Assembly (NCBI GenBank): GCA_963781935.1
Contig: CAWAHX010000006.1
Coordinates: 4,481-68,480, forward strand
Direction: 5' to 3'
DNA: 64,000 nucleotides
Source of the DNA: an uncultured Solirubrobacteraceae bacterium
Lineage (GTDB): Bacteria > Actinomycetota > Thermoleophilia > Solirubrobacterales > Solirubrobacteraceae
Under the pieces are notes generated by a model. That model had not been told where the DNA came from. It saw only the letters and a program-made list of their open reading frames with translations, and ran no database searches. The stretch's first letter is position 1; each line of letters starts with the position of its first letter. Positions 48,372 through 57,578 of the stretch are shown here, piece by piece. Position numbers and translations under genes: made by a program.

Positions 48372-49078
48372 CGCCAGCGCTCGAGCAGCTCGTCGTCGCG
48401 GACGTCGCGGACCTTGCGCGCCGGCGTGCCGACCATGAAGGCGCGCGGCTGGACGTCCTTCGTCACGATCGCGCCGGCGGCGATGAACGCCTCCTCGCCG
48501 ATCTCGACGCCCGGCGTCAGCACCGCGCCGCCGCCGACCCTGCACGCGCGCCGCAGCGTCGCACCGCGCATCTCGTAATCCGGCCCGCAGCGCGCCATCG
48601 TGTCGTCGTTCGTGGTCATCGCTCCGGGCCCGACGAAGACGTCGTCCTCGACGACCGAGTGGCCGGTCACGTAGACGTTGGTCTGCAGCTTGACGCGCGC
48701 GCCGATGACGACCTCGTTGTCCACCATCGTGCCGCGGCCGACCACCGTGCCCGCACCGATGCTGCTGCGCTCGCGCACGGTCGACTGGTCGCCGACGATC
48801 GCCTCGTCCCCGATCGTGGTGCCCGCGTAGATCACGGCTCCGGTGCACACCGTCACGCGCGCGCCGATCCGCAGCGGCTCCAGCGCGTCACGAGAAGCCG
48901 TCGACGAGCGCGCCAGGCGCGGCGTCTTCCCGAGCACCGCGCCCGGCTCGATCACGCAGCCCTCACCGATCACGGTGCCGTCGAAGACCACGACGTTCGG
49001 CCCGAACAGCGTCCCCTCGCCGATCGTGACGCCCACGCCGAGCGTCAGGTTCACCGCGTCGCCGACGCCGAGCAGCAT
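48368..49078 (-). CDS. Left-handed beta-helix (hexapeptide-repeat) sugar N-acyltransferase
   Basis: Repeated [LIV]-G-x-x-x-x hexads: VTIGEGTLFGPNVVVFDGTVIGEGCVIEPGAVLG...IGDEAIVGDQSTV...IGAGTVVGRGTMV. Confidence 0.8.
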   Translation of the reverse strand: MLLGVGDAVNLTLGVGVTIGEGTLFGPNVVVFDGTVIGEGCVIEPGAVLGKTPRLARSSTASRDALEPLRIGARVTVCTGAVIYAGTTIGDEAIVGDQSTVRERSSIGAGTVVGRGTMVDNEVVIGARVKLQTNVYVTGHSVVEDDVFVGPGAMTTNDDTMARCGPDYEMRGATLRRACRVGGGAVLTPGVEIGEEAFIAAGAIVTKDVQPRAFMVGTPARKVRDVRDDELLERWR

Positions 49079-49081
49079 CGT

Positions 49082-50059
49082 TCAGGTCCCCTCTGTCGCG
49101 GCCAGCTCGGCCAGGTCGAGCTGCACCATCTCGCCGATCATCGCCTCGAAGGAGATCGCGGCGTCCCACCCGAGCACGCGCCGCGCCAGCGACGGGTCGC
49201 CGACGAGCGGCACCGGCTCGCGCGGCCGCACGAACTCCGGATCGACGCGCACGTGCCGCTCGACGCCGCCCGTCACGCCGGCGGCGGCGAATGCCGTCTC
49301 GACGAGGTCGCGGACCGTGTGGCCGATGCCGCTGGCCAGCACGTAGTCGCCGGGCGCGTCGGCCTGCAGCGCGAGGTGCGCGCCGGCGACGATGTCGCGC
49401 GCGTCGGACCAGTCGCGCACCGCGTCGAGATCGCCGAGGACGAGCTCGTCCTGGAGCCCGAGGGCGATCGCGGCCGCGCCGCGCGTGACCTTGCGGGGCA
49501 GGAAGTGCGGCGGACGGCGAGGCGACTCGTGGTTGAACGTGATGCCCGAGCAGGCGAACAGGCCGTGGCGCTCGCGCAGCGTCCGCACGAGGCCGTGGGC
49601 GGCGAGCTTCGCGACGCCGTACGGCGTGCGCGGGCGCATCGGCGATCCCTCGTTCTGCGGACTCGTGACGGCGTCCCCGAACAGCTCGCTCGACGTCGAC
49701 ACCCAGACGCGCGGACGCTCGTCCAGCGCCAGCGCGGCGGCGAGCACGGTCGCTGTGCCGCCCGCGATCGCGGCGACCGTCTCGGTCGGGTCATCCCATG
49801 AGTCCGGCACGAACGTCGGCGCGGCCAGGTGATAGAGCTCGTCCGGGCGGGCGTCGGCGATGCTGCCGCGCAGCGAGTCGGGCTCGCGCAGGTCCACGGC
49901 GACGAACGCCACCTGGTCCCGGATCGCCGCGATGTTCGGCGCCTGATCGGTCCCGGCACGGTCGAGCCCCGTCACCTCATAGCCCGCGGCAAGCAGGCGC
50001 TCCGCGAGATATGACCCGTCCTGCCCCGCGATTCCGGTGATGAGCGCGCGTCGTGGCAT
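49082..50059 (-). CDS. GDP-mannose 4,6-dehydratase family, second divergent paralogue (intein-free)
   Basis: [73 protein letters not shown]. Intact 325-aa ORF. TAGGCT lies 9 nt before ATG 50059. Confidence 0.8.
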   Translation of the reverse strand: MPRRALITGIAGQDGSYLAERLLAAGYEVTGLDRAGTDQAPNIAAIRDQVAFVAVDLREPDSLRGSIADARPDELYHLAAPTFVPDSWDDPTETVAAIAGGTATVLAAALALDERPRVWVSTSSELFGDAVTSPQNEGSPMRPRTPYGVAKLAAHGLVRTLRERHGLFACSGITFNHESPRRPPHFLPRKVTRGAAAIALGLQDELVLGDLDAVRDWSDARDIVAGAHLALQADAPGDYVLASGIGHTVRDLVETAFAAAGVTGGVERHVRVDPEFVRPREPVPLVGDPSLARRVLGWDAAISFEAMIGEMVQLDLAELAATEGT

Positions 50060-50068
50060 CGGCGCCGG

Positions 50069-50074
50069 AGCCTA
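50069..50074 (-). promoter_or_regulatory. Candidate -10 box TAGGCT, 9 nt before ATG 50059
   Basis: TANNNT in the divergent intergenic region 50060..50149, with no SD. Confidence 0.4.
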
Positions 50075-50149
50075 CCCGGGCCCACCCTCACGACCGCGAC
50101 TTCTTCGGTTCTCCTGCGTTTCTGCTGCCATAGTTCGTAGGACCTCCCC

Positions 50150-50981
50150 GTGACCGCCCACCCTCAGACTCCGGGCCCCGCCCCGCGCGCCGATCGCGCC
50201 AAGCCGACGCTCCCCGCCAGCGTCGAGCTGCTGGGCGTGCCGCTGGCGCTGATCGATTACGACGGCGTGCTCGACTGGATGGACGCCTCGATCGACGCCG
50301 GCGCCCGCGAGTACGTGTGCGTCGCGGCCACGCACACCGTCATGGCGTGCGACGAGGACCCGCAGCTGCGGGAAGCCGTGCGCGGGGCGAGCATGACGGT
50401 CCCCGACGGGCAGCCGCTCGTGTGGGCGCTCCGGGCGCTCGGCCGCGGCGACGGGCTCGACGGCCGGGTGTACGGCCCCGAGCTGATGGCGCGAGCGTGT
50501 GAGCGCGCCGCCCGGACGGGAACGAAGATGTTCCTCTACGGCGGGCGCAACGAGGGGACGCTCGTGCAGCTCACGCTGAACCTGCGCCGCCGCTATCCGG
50601 GCCTCCAGATCGTCGGCGGCCACGTTCCGCCGTTCCGGCCGCTGACCGATGACGGAGGAGGTCGCGGTCATCCGTGAGATCGACCGCTCCGGCGCCGACA
50701 TCGTCTGGGTCGGGATCGGCGTTCCCAAGCAGGAGAAGTGGATGGCGCGGATGCGACCGCGCCTGCAGGCGCCGGTGCTCGTGGGCGTGGGCGCCGCGTT
50801 CGACTTCCACGCCGGCCTGGTGCCCCAGGCACCCAGGTGGATCCAGTCCGCCGGCCTGGAATGGGCCTACCGGCTGGCCCGTGAGCCGCGCCGGCTCTGG
50901 CGGCGCTACCTGCGCTACAACCCGCGGTTCGTCATCGGTTTCATGCGTGAATACGTGCGCTACCGGCGGGGCACGCACTAG
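50150..50981 (+). CDS. WecB/TagA/CpsF-family (GT26) glycosyltransferase; one frame break near 50650
   Basis: VELLGVPLALIDYDGVLDWM...TVPDGQPLVWAL...MFLYGGRNEG...GGHVPPFRPLT is continued in another frame by EEVAVIREIDRSGADIVWVGIGVPKQEKWM...GVGAAFDFHAG. Confidence 0.7.
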
Positions 50982-50993
50982 CCTGAGACCCGT

Positions 50994-52262
50994 ATGGACT
51001 ACGACGTAGCGATCATCGGCTGCGGGCGGGTCGGGCTGCCGCTCGCGCTCTCGTTCGCCGACCACGGCCTGCGCACGCTCGGCATCGACAACGACGCCGC
51101 CCGCCTCGACGCCGTCCGTGAGGGCCGGATGCCGTTCGACGAGCCCGGCGCACCCGAGGTGCTGGCGCGTGTCGGGCAGGCCGGGACGATCGCCTGGTCG
51201 GACCGCGTGGCCGACGCCGCCCGTGCGCGCAGCATCGTGATCACGCTCGGCACCCCGTCGCACTCGCACATCGAGATCGACCTGAGCCACATCCGCTCGG
51301 TGCTCGACGACCTGATGGGGGTGCTGGGGGAGGGTCAACTGCTGGTGCTGCGGTCCACCATCGCGCCCGGGACGACCGCATTCGTCGCCGGGTACATCGA
51401 GAAGCACCGCGGCCTGGTCGCCGGGCGCGACATCAGCGTCGCCCACGTCCCCGAGCGGATCGCCGCCGGAAAGTTCTTCGCCGAGATCGACACGCTGCCG
51501 TGCATCGTCGGCGGCATCGGGGAGCGTTCCGGTGAGGCCGCGGCGGCGCTGTTCGAGACACTCGGCGCGCCGATCGTGCAGACGACGCCGATCGACGCCG
51601 AGCTCGCGAAGATCTGGACGAACATCCTGCGCTACGCGACCTTCGCGCTCCCGAATCGCCTGATGGTCGAGTGCGAGCAGTACGGGGCGAACGTCTACGA
51701 CGTGATCGACCTGATCAACCGCGACTACCCGCGCGGCGGGATCGCACTGCCCGGCATGACCGCGGGAACCTGCCTGCGCAAGGACTTCGCCTTCAGCGAG
51801 GAGCGCTCGAACGCCCCCGGCATGCTGCTCGCGGTCTCGCGCGTCAACGAGTCGGTCCCGCTGTTCCTCGTCGACGGCCTCAAGCGCCGACTCGGGTCGC
51901 TGAACGGCCGCAAGGTCGCCGTGCTGGGCCTCGCCTTCAAGGCGGACACCGACGACGAGCGCGACTCGCTGTCGCACAAGCTGATCCGGCTGCTCGAGCG
52001 TGAGCTGGCCGACGTCGCCGTCCACGACCCGCTCGTCGCGACGCCGACACAGTCGTTCGAGGAGGCGATCCTCGACGCGGACGCAGTCGTCGTCGCAACG
52101 AACCACTCATGCTTCCGCGGCCCCGGCACCCTGCGAGCGATCGCCGACAGCGCGCACACCGGCGCCGTCATCGCCGACCCGTGGAACACGTTCGACCAGG
52201 GTGAGATCTTCGGCGAGGCCGGCGCCCTGGTCGCATCGTCGGCCACGGGCCGCCCGGCCTAG
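50994..52262 (+). CDS. Nucleotide-sugar 6-dehydrogenase (UDP-glucose/GDP-mannose dehydrogenase family)
   Basis: VAIIGCGRVGLPLALSFA (NAD fold), catalytic Cys in GGIALPGMTAGTCLRKD, VAVLGLAFKADTDDERDS. Intact 422-aa ORF. Confidence 0.85.
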   Translation: MDYDVAIIGCGRVGLPLALSFADHGLRTLGIDNDAARLDAVREGRMPFDEPGAPEVLARVGQAGTIAWSDRVADAARARSIVITLGTPSHSHIEIDLSHIRSVLDDLMGVLGEGQLLVLRSTIAPGTTAFVAGYIEKHRGLVAGRDISVAHVPERIAAGKFFAEIDTLPCIVGGIGERSGEAAAALFETLGAPIVQTTPIDAELAKIWTNILRYATFALPNRLMVECEQYGANVYDVIDLINRDYPRGGIALPGMTAGTCLRKDFAFSEERSNAPGMLLAVSRVNESVPLFLVDGLKRRLGSLNGRKVAVLGLAFKADTDDERDSLSHKLIRLLERELADVAVHDPLVATPTQSFEEAILDADAVVVATNHSCFRGPGTLRAIADSAHTGAVIADPWNTFDQGEIFGEAGALVASSATGRPA

Positions 52263-52295
52263 CAGGTCTTGCCCGGCGCTACCCTCCGCAGCGCC

Positions 52296-53273
52296 ATGTC
52301 ACGCGTCCTCGTCACCGGCGGTGCCGGCACCATCGGTCAGGCCGTGGTGCGCCGTCTTCTTCGCGATCCGGACTTCGAGGTCCGCGTCTCCGATCAGCGC
52401 GAGGCACCAGGATGGATGCGCGAGGGCTGCGAGGTCCACACCGGCGACCTGCGCGACCGCGCCGAGGCCGGGAAGGCCACGGCGGGCTGCTCCCACGTGA
52501 TCCACCTGGCGGCGATCGTCGGTGGGATCGCGAACTTCCACAAGCTTCCCTACACGCTGACGGACGTGAACTCGTCGCTCTACAACGGCGTGGTCGGTGC
52601 CGCGATCGAGCACCACGTCGAGCGCTTCGTCTACGTGTCGTCCTCGATGGTGTTCGAGAACGCCACGCAGTTCCCGACGCCGGAGAGCCACGTGCGGGAA
52701 TGCCCGGTGCCCCGATCGGCCTACGGCTTCAGCAAGCTCGCCGGCGAGTTCTGGGTGCGCGCCGCGCACGACGAGCACGGCCTGCCGTACACGATCTGCC
52801 GCCCGTTCAACGCGTACGGCCCGGGCGAGATGCCCGAGGACGAGCCGGGCATCGCGCACGCCGTCCCCGACCTGATCAAGAAGTGCCTCGCGCTGCCCGA
52901 GGGCGCGCCGCTGCCGATCTTCGGTGACGGGACCCACACCCGCACGCTGACCCACGTCGACGACATCGCCGACGGCATCGTCACCGCGACCGGCGCGCAG
53001 GCGGCACTGAACGAGGACTTCAACGTCTCCGCCTCCGACGAGCTGACCGTCGCAGAGATCGCCCGCGTCATCTGGGAAGCCTGCGGCCGCGACCCCCAGG
53101 CATTCGCGCTCGAGCACCTCCCGAGCTTCGAGGTCGACGTCGTGCGGCGCTGGCCGGACGTGTCAAAGGCCCGAGAGGTGCTCGGGTGGGAGGCGCAGAT
53201 CGATGTGCGGGATGGGGTGGCGGCGACGGTGGAGTGGCTGCGCGGGGTTGCGCCCCCCGGCGGGGCGGGCTGA
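52296..53273 (+). CDS. NAD-dependent sugar epimerase/dehydratase (SDR)
   Basis: MSRVLVTGGAGTIGQAVV, VSSSMVFE, YGFSKLAGEF. ATG 52296 is preceded by TACCCT at 10 nt. Confidence 0.8.
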   Translation: MSRVLVTGGAGTIGQAVVRRLLRDPDFEVRVSDQREAPGWMREGCEVHTGDLRDRAEAGKATAGCSHVIHLAAIVGGIANFHKLPYTLTDVNSSLYNGVVGAAIEHHVERFVYVSSSMVFENATQFPTPESHVRECPVPRSAYGFSKLAGEFWVRAAHDEHGLPYTICRPFNAYGPGEMPEDEPGIAHAVPDLIKKCLALPEGAPLPIFGDGTHTRTLTHVDDIADGIVTATGAQAALNEDFNVSASDELTVAEIARVIWEACGRDPQAFALEHLPSFEVDVVRRWPDVSKAREVLGWEAQIDVRDGVAATVEWLRGVAPPGGAG

Positions 53274-53642
53274 GGGACGGTTTGTGGAGGGACGTCCTGT
53301 GGTGGGCGCTGAGACTGATCAGAACGCGCCTGCGGCGCGTTCTGTCCTGCCAGGGGGCGTTACAGAGTGACTCGGTGCACCCCTTCGGGGCGCCCCGAGG
53401 ACATCCTTGGCTGGCCTGGGTCGTCCCACCAGCGGCCGGCCCGCAGCACCCGGCGGCTCGAGAGGCGGCCTGGTCGTCCCGCCGGCGGCCACGCCCGCAG
53501 CACCCGGCGGCTCGAGAGGACTGCCCGCAGGGCAGTCCTCTTCAGTCCGTGGTAACGCCCCCTGGCAGGACAGGAATGCCCGCAGGGCATTCCTGATCAG
53601 TCTCACGAGCCCTCCACAGGCCGTCCCTCCACAGGCCGTCCC
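53274..53642. repeat. 369-bp imperfect palindromic element: ~90-bp inverted arms (53274-53363 / 53552-53642) around a 188-bp core
   Basis: The inner 53 bp of the arms are GAGACTGATCAG-[8-bp stem]-TGC-[stem']-CTGTCCTGCCAGGGGGCGTTAC (53311-53363) and its reverse complement (53552-53604). They are identical except for the 8-bp stem cores (AACGCGCC versus GAATGCCC), which are each self-complementary. The outer arms are GGGACGGTTTGTGGAGGGACGTCCTGTGGTGGGC versus the complement of GCCCTCCACAGGCCGTCCCTCCACAGGCCGTCCC. Confidence 0.75.
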
Positions 53643-53667
53643 CCAACGTCGTCCCACCACCAGCCAG

Positions 53668-53779
53668 GCCCGCAGCACCCGGCGGCTCGAGAGGACTGCC
53701 CGCAGGGCAGTCCTCTTCAGTCCGTGGTAACGCCCCCTGGCAGGACAGGAATGCCCGCAGGGCATTCCTGATCAGTCTC
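53668..53779. repeat. Exact 112-bp direct duplicate of 53493..53604 (period 175 bp)
   Basis: The read-out of both copies is identical: GCCCGCAGCACCCGGCGGCTCGAGAGGACTGCCCGCAGGGCAGTCCTCTTCAGTCCGTGGTAACGCCCCCTGGCAGGACAGGAATGCCCGCAGGGCATTCCTGATCAGTCTC. A third partial copy of the first 27 bp lies at 53439-53465. Confidence 0.8.
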
Positions 53780-53796
53780 CGACGTCCCGCCACCCC

Positions 53797-54750
53797 TCAG
53801 GAGCCGGCGGCGGCCTTGAGGTGCTCCAGCACCGCCCGCATCCCATCCTCCAGCCGCGTGTCCGCCGTGAACGCGAGCTCGGCCCTCGCGCGCGAGACGT
53901 CGAGTGAGCTGCGCTGGAGCTCGCCGAGGCGCTCGGGCTCGAAGTCTGCGGAGAAGGTCGCTTCGTCGACGCCGGCGGCCTCGCGCAGCGCGTCGATGAC
54001 GTCGAGCACGGAGGACTCGACCCCGGTGCCGATGTTGTAGGCACCGTGCGCCTGTGGGTGGGCGGCGGCGGCGAGGTTCGCCTGCACGACGTCGCCGACG
54101 TAGGTGTAGTCGCGCAGCGCGCGGCCGTCCCCGTAGACGATCGGGCGCTCCGACTTCAGCAGGCGACCGGCGAAGATCGCGATCACGCCCGCCTCGCCCG
54201 CCGGGTCCTGCCGCGGCCCGTAGACGTTCCCGTAGCGCAGCGTGACGGTCGACAGGCCGTACAGGCGCGAGTACCAGGCGCAGTAGAGCTCGGCGCACTG
54301 CTTGCTCTGGCCGTAGGCCGCCATCGGGAACGGCGTCTCGGTCTCCGGGGTCGGCATCACGTCGGTCTCGCCGTAGATCGCGCCGCCGGTCGACGTGTTC
54401 ACGAGCCGGCGCACGTCGTGCGCGCGCGCGGCCTCGAGCACGTTGATCGTTCCGACGACGTTGATGCCGGCATCCCACGCGGGATCCTCGATCGACTTGC
54501 GCACGTCGATCTGGGCGGCCATGTGAAAGACGGCGTCGGGGCGCTGTGCGGCGAACACCTCGCCGACCGTCTGCGCGTCGCGGATGTCGACCTCGTGCAG
54601 TGAGGCCCCGCGCGTCAGCGCCTGGGAGAGGTTCTCCCGCCGGCCGCTCGACAGGTCGTCGATGACCGCGACCTCGTCCCCGCGGTCGAGGAGGGCATCC
54701 ACGAGGTTCGAGCCGATGAAGCCGGCACCGCCGGTGACGAGAGCGCGCAT
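53797..54750 (-). CDS. UDP-hexose 4-epimerase-like SDR
   Basis: MRALVTGGAGFIGSNLVDALL, NTSTGGAIYG, YGQSKQCAELY. Intact 317-aa ORF. TAGCAT lies 9 nt before ATG 54750. Confidence 0.75.
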   Translation of the reverse strand: MRALVTGGAGFIGSNLVDALLDRGDEVAVIDDLSSGRRENLSQALTRGASLHEVDIRDAQTVGEVFAAQRPDAVFHMAAQIDVRKSIEDPAWDAGINVVGTINVLEAARAHDVRRLVNTSTGGAIYGETDVMPTPETETPFPMAAYGQSKQCAELYCAWYSRLYGLSTVTLRYGNVYGPRQDPAGEAGVIAIFAGRLLKSERPIVYGDGRALRDYTYVGDVVQANLAAAAHPQAHGAYNIGTGVESSVLDVIDALREAAGVDEATFSADFEPERLGELQRSSLDVSRARAELAFTADTRLEDGMRAVLEHLKAAAGS

Positions 54751-54769
54751 AGGGTCGTGATGCTAAGGG

Positions 54770-55891
54770 TCAGCCGTCGTAGACGGCTCGCAGCGCCCGG
54801 GCGACGGCCGGCGGCGACGCCAGCGCCCTCGATCCGGGCGGCGTTGGCCGCACCGGCGGCCGCGTCGCCGTAGCGGCGCGCCGCGAGCTCCGCCAGGCCC
54901 TGGACGTCGCCGGGCGCGGCGAGGTCCTCGTCGCCCAGCAGGTCGGTCAGCGCTCCGACGCGCATGCCCACGACCGGCAGGCCGGCGGCCATCGCCTCGG
55001 CTGCCGACAGGCCGAACGTCTCCGCGAACCGCGACGGCACGATCGCCAGCGCGGCGCCGGCGCGCAGCGCGGCCAGCTCGGCCTCCGGAACGCGGCCGGC
55101 GAACCGCACGTCGGCACCCAGACGGGTCGCGAGCGCCCGCAGCGCGGTCTCGTCGGGGCCGTGACCGGTGACCACGAGTGGCAGTCCTGCGCAGCGCGCA
55201 GGCCTCGATGGCGAGGTCGACGCCCTTGTCGGGCGCCAGGCGCGCGGAGACGATGGCGTATGCGCCGGCCGCGGGCTGTGCGCGCACGGCGGCCGCGGGC
55301 ACGGGGTTGGCGATGACCGTGACCTCACGGCCCTCGAGCGGCGCCCCCATCGCCCGCAGACGGTCGACGGTGAACGAGCTCGGCGTCACCAGCGCGTCCG
55401 CCTGCTCGACCAGCCGGCGCGACCACAGCGGCAGCGCGGCGCCGTAGACGGCCGCCTCCGCGAGCGACCCGCGGCAGCGCAGCCGCACACCCGGCCGCGT
55501 GTCGCGCCCGTGGCAGCGCGTGCAGTCCTGCCCCGGCGGGATCCAGGCACGTGCCGACCGCGCACACGAGGCGGTACTGGTGGAGGTGCAGGACCGTGCG
55601 CGCCCCGGCGTCGCGCGCGGCGGCGAGCGAGCGCCACCCGAGCGCCGGGTTCACGTTGTGTGCGTGGACGACGCGCGCGCCGGTCCGCCGCACCGCCGCG
55701 GTGATCTCGCCCGGGTCCAGGCCGCCGCGCAGCAGACCCGCCGCGGCGCTCCCGCGCGACAGCGCCGCGCTGTCGCGCTCGAGCAGCTCGACGTCCTCCC
55801 CGAGCTCGCCCGGGAGCAGCCTGAGCAGCTCGTCGACGACGCGTTCCTCGCCCCCGAGCGTGCGGTAGCGGTTGTGCAGGAGCAGGATCAC
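54770..55891 (-). pseudogene. GT4-family glycosyltransferase; about 3 frame breaks (~55520, ~55190, ~54830)
   Basis: ILLLHNRYRTLGGEERVVDEL...VVHAHNVNPALG, then DCTRCHGRDT-like Cys-rich piece and ADALVTPSSFTVDRL...AIVSARLAPDKGVDLAIEA, then LPLVVTGHGPDE...IVPSRFAETFGLSAAEAMAAGLPVVG, then ALASPPAVARALRAVYDG followed by stop 54770. Confidence 0.6.
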
Positions 55892-55902
55892 GGGGCCCGG
55901 CC

Positions 55903-55912
55903 AAGGTACCGT
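55903..55912. promoter_or_regulatory. Overlapping divergent candidate -10 boxes (TACCTT on minus, TACCGT on plus) sharing a GGTACC core
   Basis: The 30-bp divergent intergenic region lies between GTG 55891 (minus) and ATG 55922 (plus). The gaps to the starts are 11 and 9 nt. Confidence 0.35.
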
Positions 55913-55921
55913 GAACCGCCG

Positions 55922-57578
55922 ATGCCGCTGGCCACCGCCGTCATCGTCCCGACGCGGGACCGTCCGCAGTACCTCGATGTCGCGCTCGCGTCGATCATGC
56001 CCCAGGCGGCGGAGCTGGGCGCCGAGGTGCTCGTCATCGACGACGGCCCGTCGGCGCCGACGCGCGAGACGGCCGAGCGCCACGGCGCCCGCTACGTCGC
56101 GCACGAGGCCCCGCGGGGACTCAACGCGGCGCGCAACACGGCGATCGCGCAGACCACCGCCGACCTGCTCGTGTTCGTCGACGACGACGTCGCCGCGGCG
56201 CCCGGGCTGGCTGGCGGCGCTGGTGGACGCCGCCGGGCGCCTGCCCGAGGAGGCCGGCGTCCTGACGGGCCCGATCGTGCCGCGCATCGAGGACCATCGG
56301 TTCCGCGCCTGCGGGCGGGAGGGCGGCCCGGTGACCGGGCAGGACTTCGGGCCCGCCGAGACCGACTGCCCGCACGCCTGGGGCGCGAACATGACGATCC
56401 GCCGCTCCGCGATCGAGCGCGCCGGGATGTTCGATGCCGCGCGCGAGCTGTACGGCGACGAGCAGGAGTGGCAGGCGCGCTGGAAGGCGCTGGGCGGCCG
56501 CATCCGATTCATCCCGGCGGCCGCGGTGGACCATCGCCGGGCCGGCGACGATGCACGGCTGCGCTCGCTCTGCCGTGCCGCCCGAATGCGAGGCCGGGCG
56601 AGCCGGCGGTTCGACGAGTTCAAGGGGACGGCTCCGAGCCTGCGCGCCGAGCTGCGCACGCTCGCCGGCTGCGCGCTGCATGGGCCGCGACGCCGCTGCG
56701 CGATGGGTCCGGTGATGACGTGGCACAGCATCGGGCGCCTCGAAGCGCTCTTCGCGCCGCCTGTGAGCCCGGCGCTGCGCGAGGGCGACGACCCGTTCAC
56801 CTCGGGCGCCGGCGGCACCGTCGCGGGGGTTCGGGGCCTGGTGCTGCGAGGTCGTGATGGGGCGCTGGATCTGCGCGAGACGCTGTCGGGGCGCCGGCGC
56901 CGGCTCGACCGCGCGGCGCGCGAGACGCCGCCCCGGCGCCGTGTCCTCGTGCTCGCCGTCGAGCGTCTCGACGTCCCCTCGCTGCTCGCCGGCGCGCGCG
57001 CCGAGCTGGCTCGTTCACGCCACGACGTGCGCATCCTGACGCGCGAGCCGGGCGACCTGGGCAAGTTCGAGAACCTCAACGCGCTGCTCGCGGGTGAGGA
57101 CCTGGCCGGTGAGGACTGGGTCCTCGTGCTGGACGACGACGTGACGCTTCCGCGCGGCTTCCTGGACCGCTTCCTGCACGTCGCCGAGCACGCGGACCTC
57201 GCGCTCGCGCAGCCCGCCCACCGCCTGCACTCACACGCCGCGTGGGACGTCACCTACCGCGTGCCCGGTGCGATCTGGCATGAGACGACGTTCGTCGAGA
57301 TCGGCCCCGTCACCGCATTCCGGCGCGACACGTTCGCGGCGCTGCTGCCGTTCCCGGACCTGCGCATGGGCTGGGGACTCGACAGCCACTGGGCCGCGCT
57401 GGCGCGCGAGCACGGCTGGCGCGTCGGCGTCGTCGACGCGACGCCCGTCGGCCACACCCTGCGCCCCCCGGCGGCGACCTATCCGCGCGAGGCGGCGCTG
57501 GCCGAGGCACGAGCGTTTCTGCAGGACCGCCCATACGTGCGGCGCGACGAGGTCCGCACGCTGGCGGTGCATCGGTGA
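55922..57578 (+). CDS. Protein with two GT-A (GT2-like) domains; one frame break near 56203
   Basis: ATAVIVPTRDRPQYLDVAL...VLVIDDGPS...LLVFVDDDV, then in the frame of ORF 55872..57578 WLAALVDAAG...AWGANMTIRRS. The second domain reads RVLVLAVERLD...WVLVLDDDVTLPRGFL...EIGPVTAFRR. Confidence 0.65.

Noticed and set aside
53274-53790. Possible CRISPR array, because of the short repeated units.
   Set aside because: The repeats are in both orientations and of unequal length. They are not separated by unique spacers of regular size. No cas genes are present in the window.
53319-53793. ORFs inside the repeat region (53319..53765, 53407..53730, 53542..53793 and others) as small proteins.
   Set aside because: They exist on both strands only because the region is palindromic. 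Their products are repetitive Pro/Arg/Gly strings with no start-site signals.
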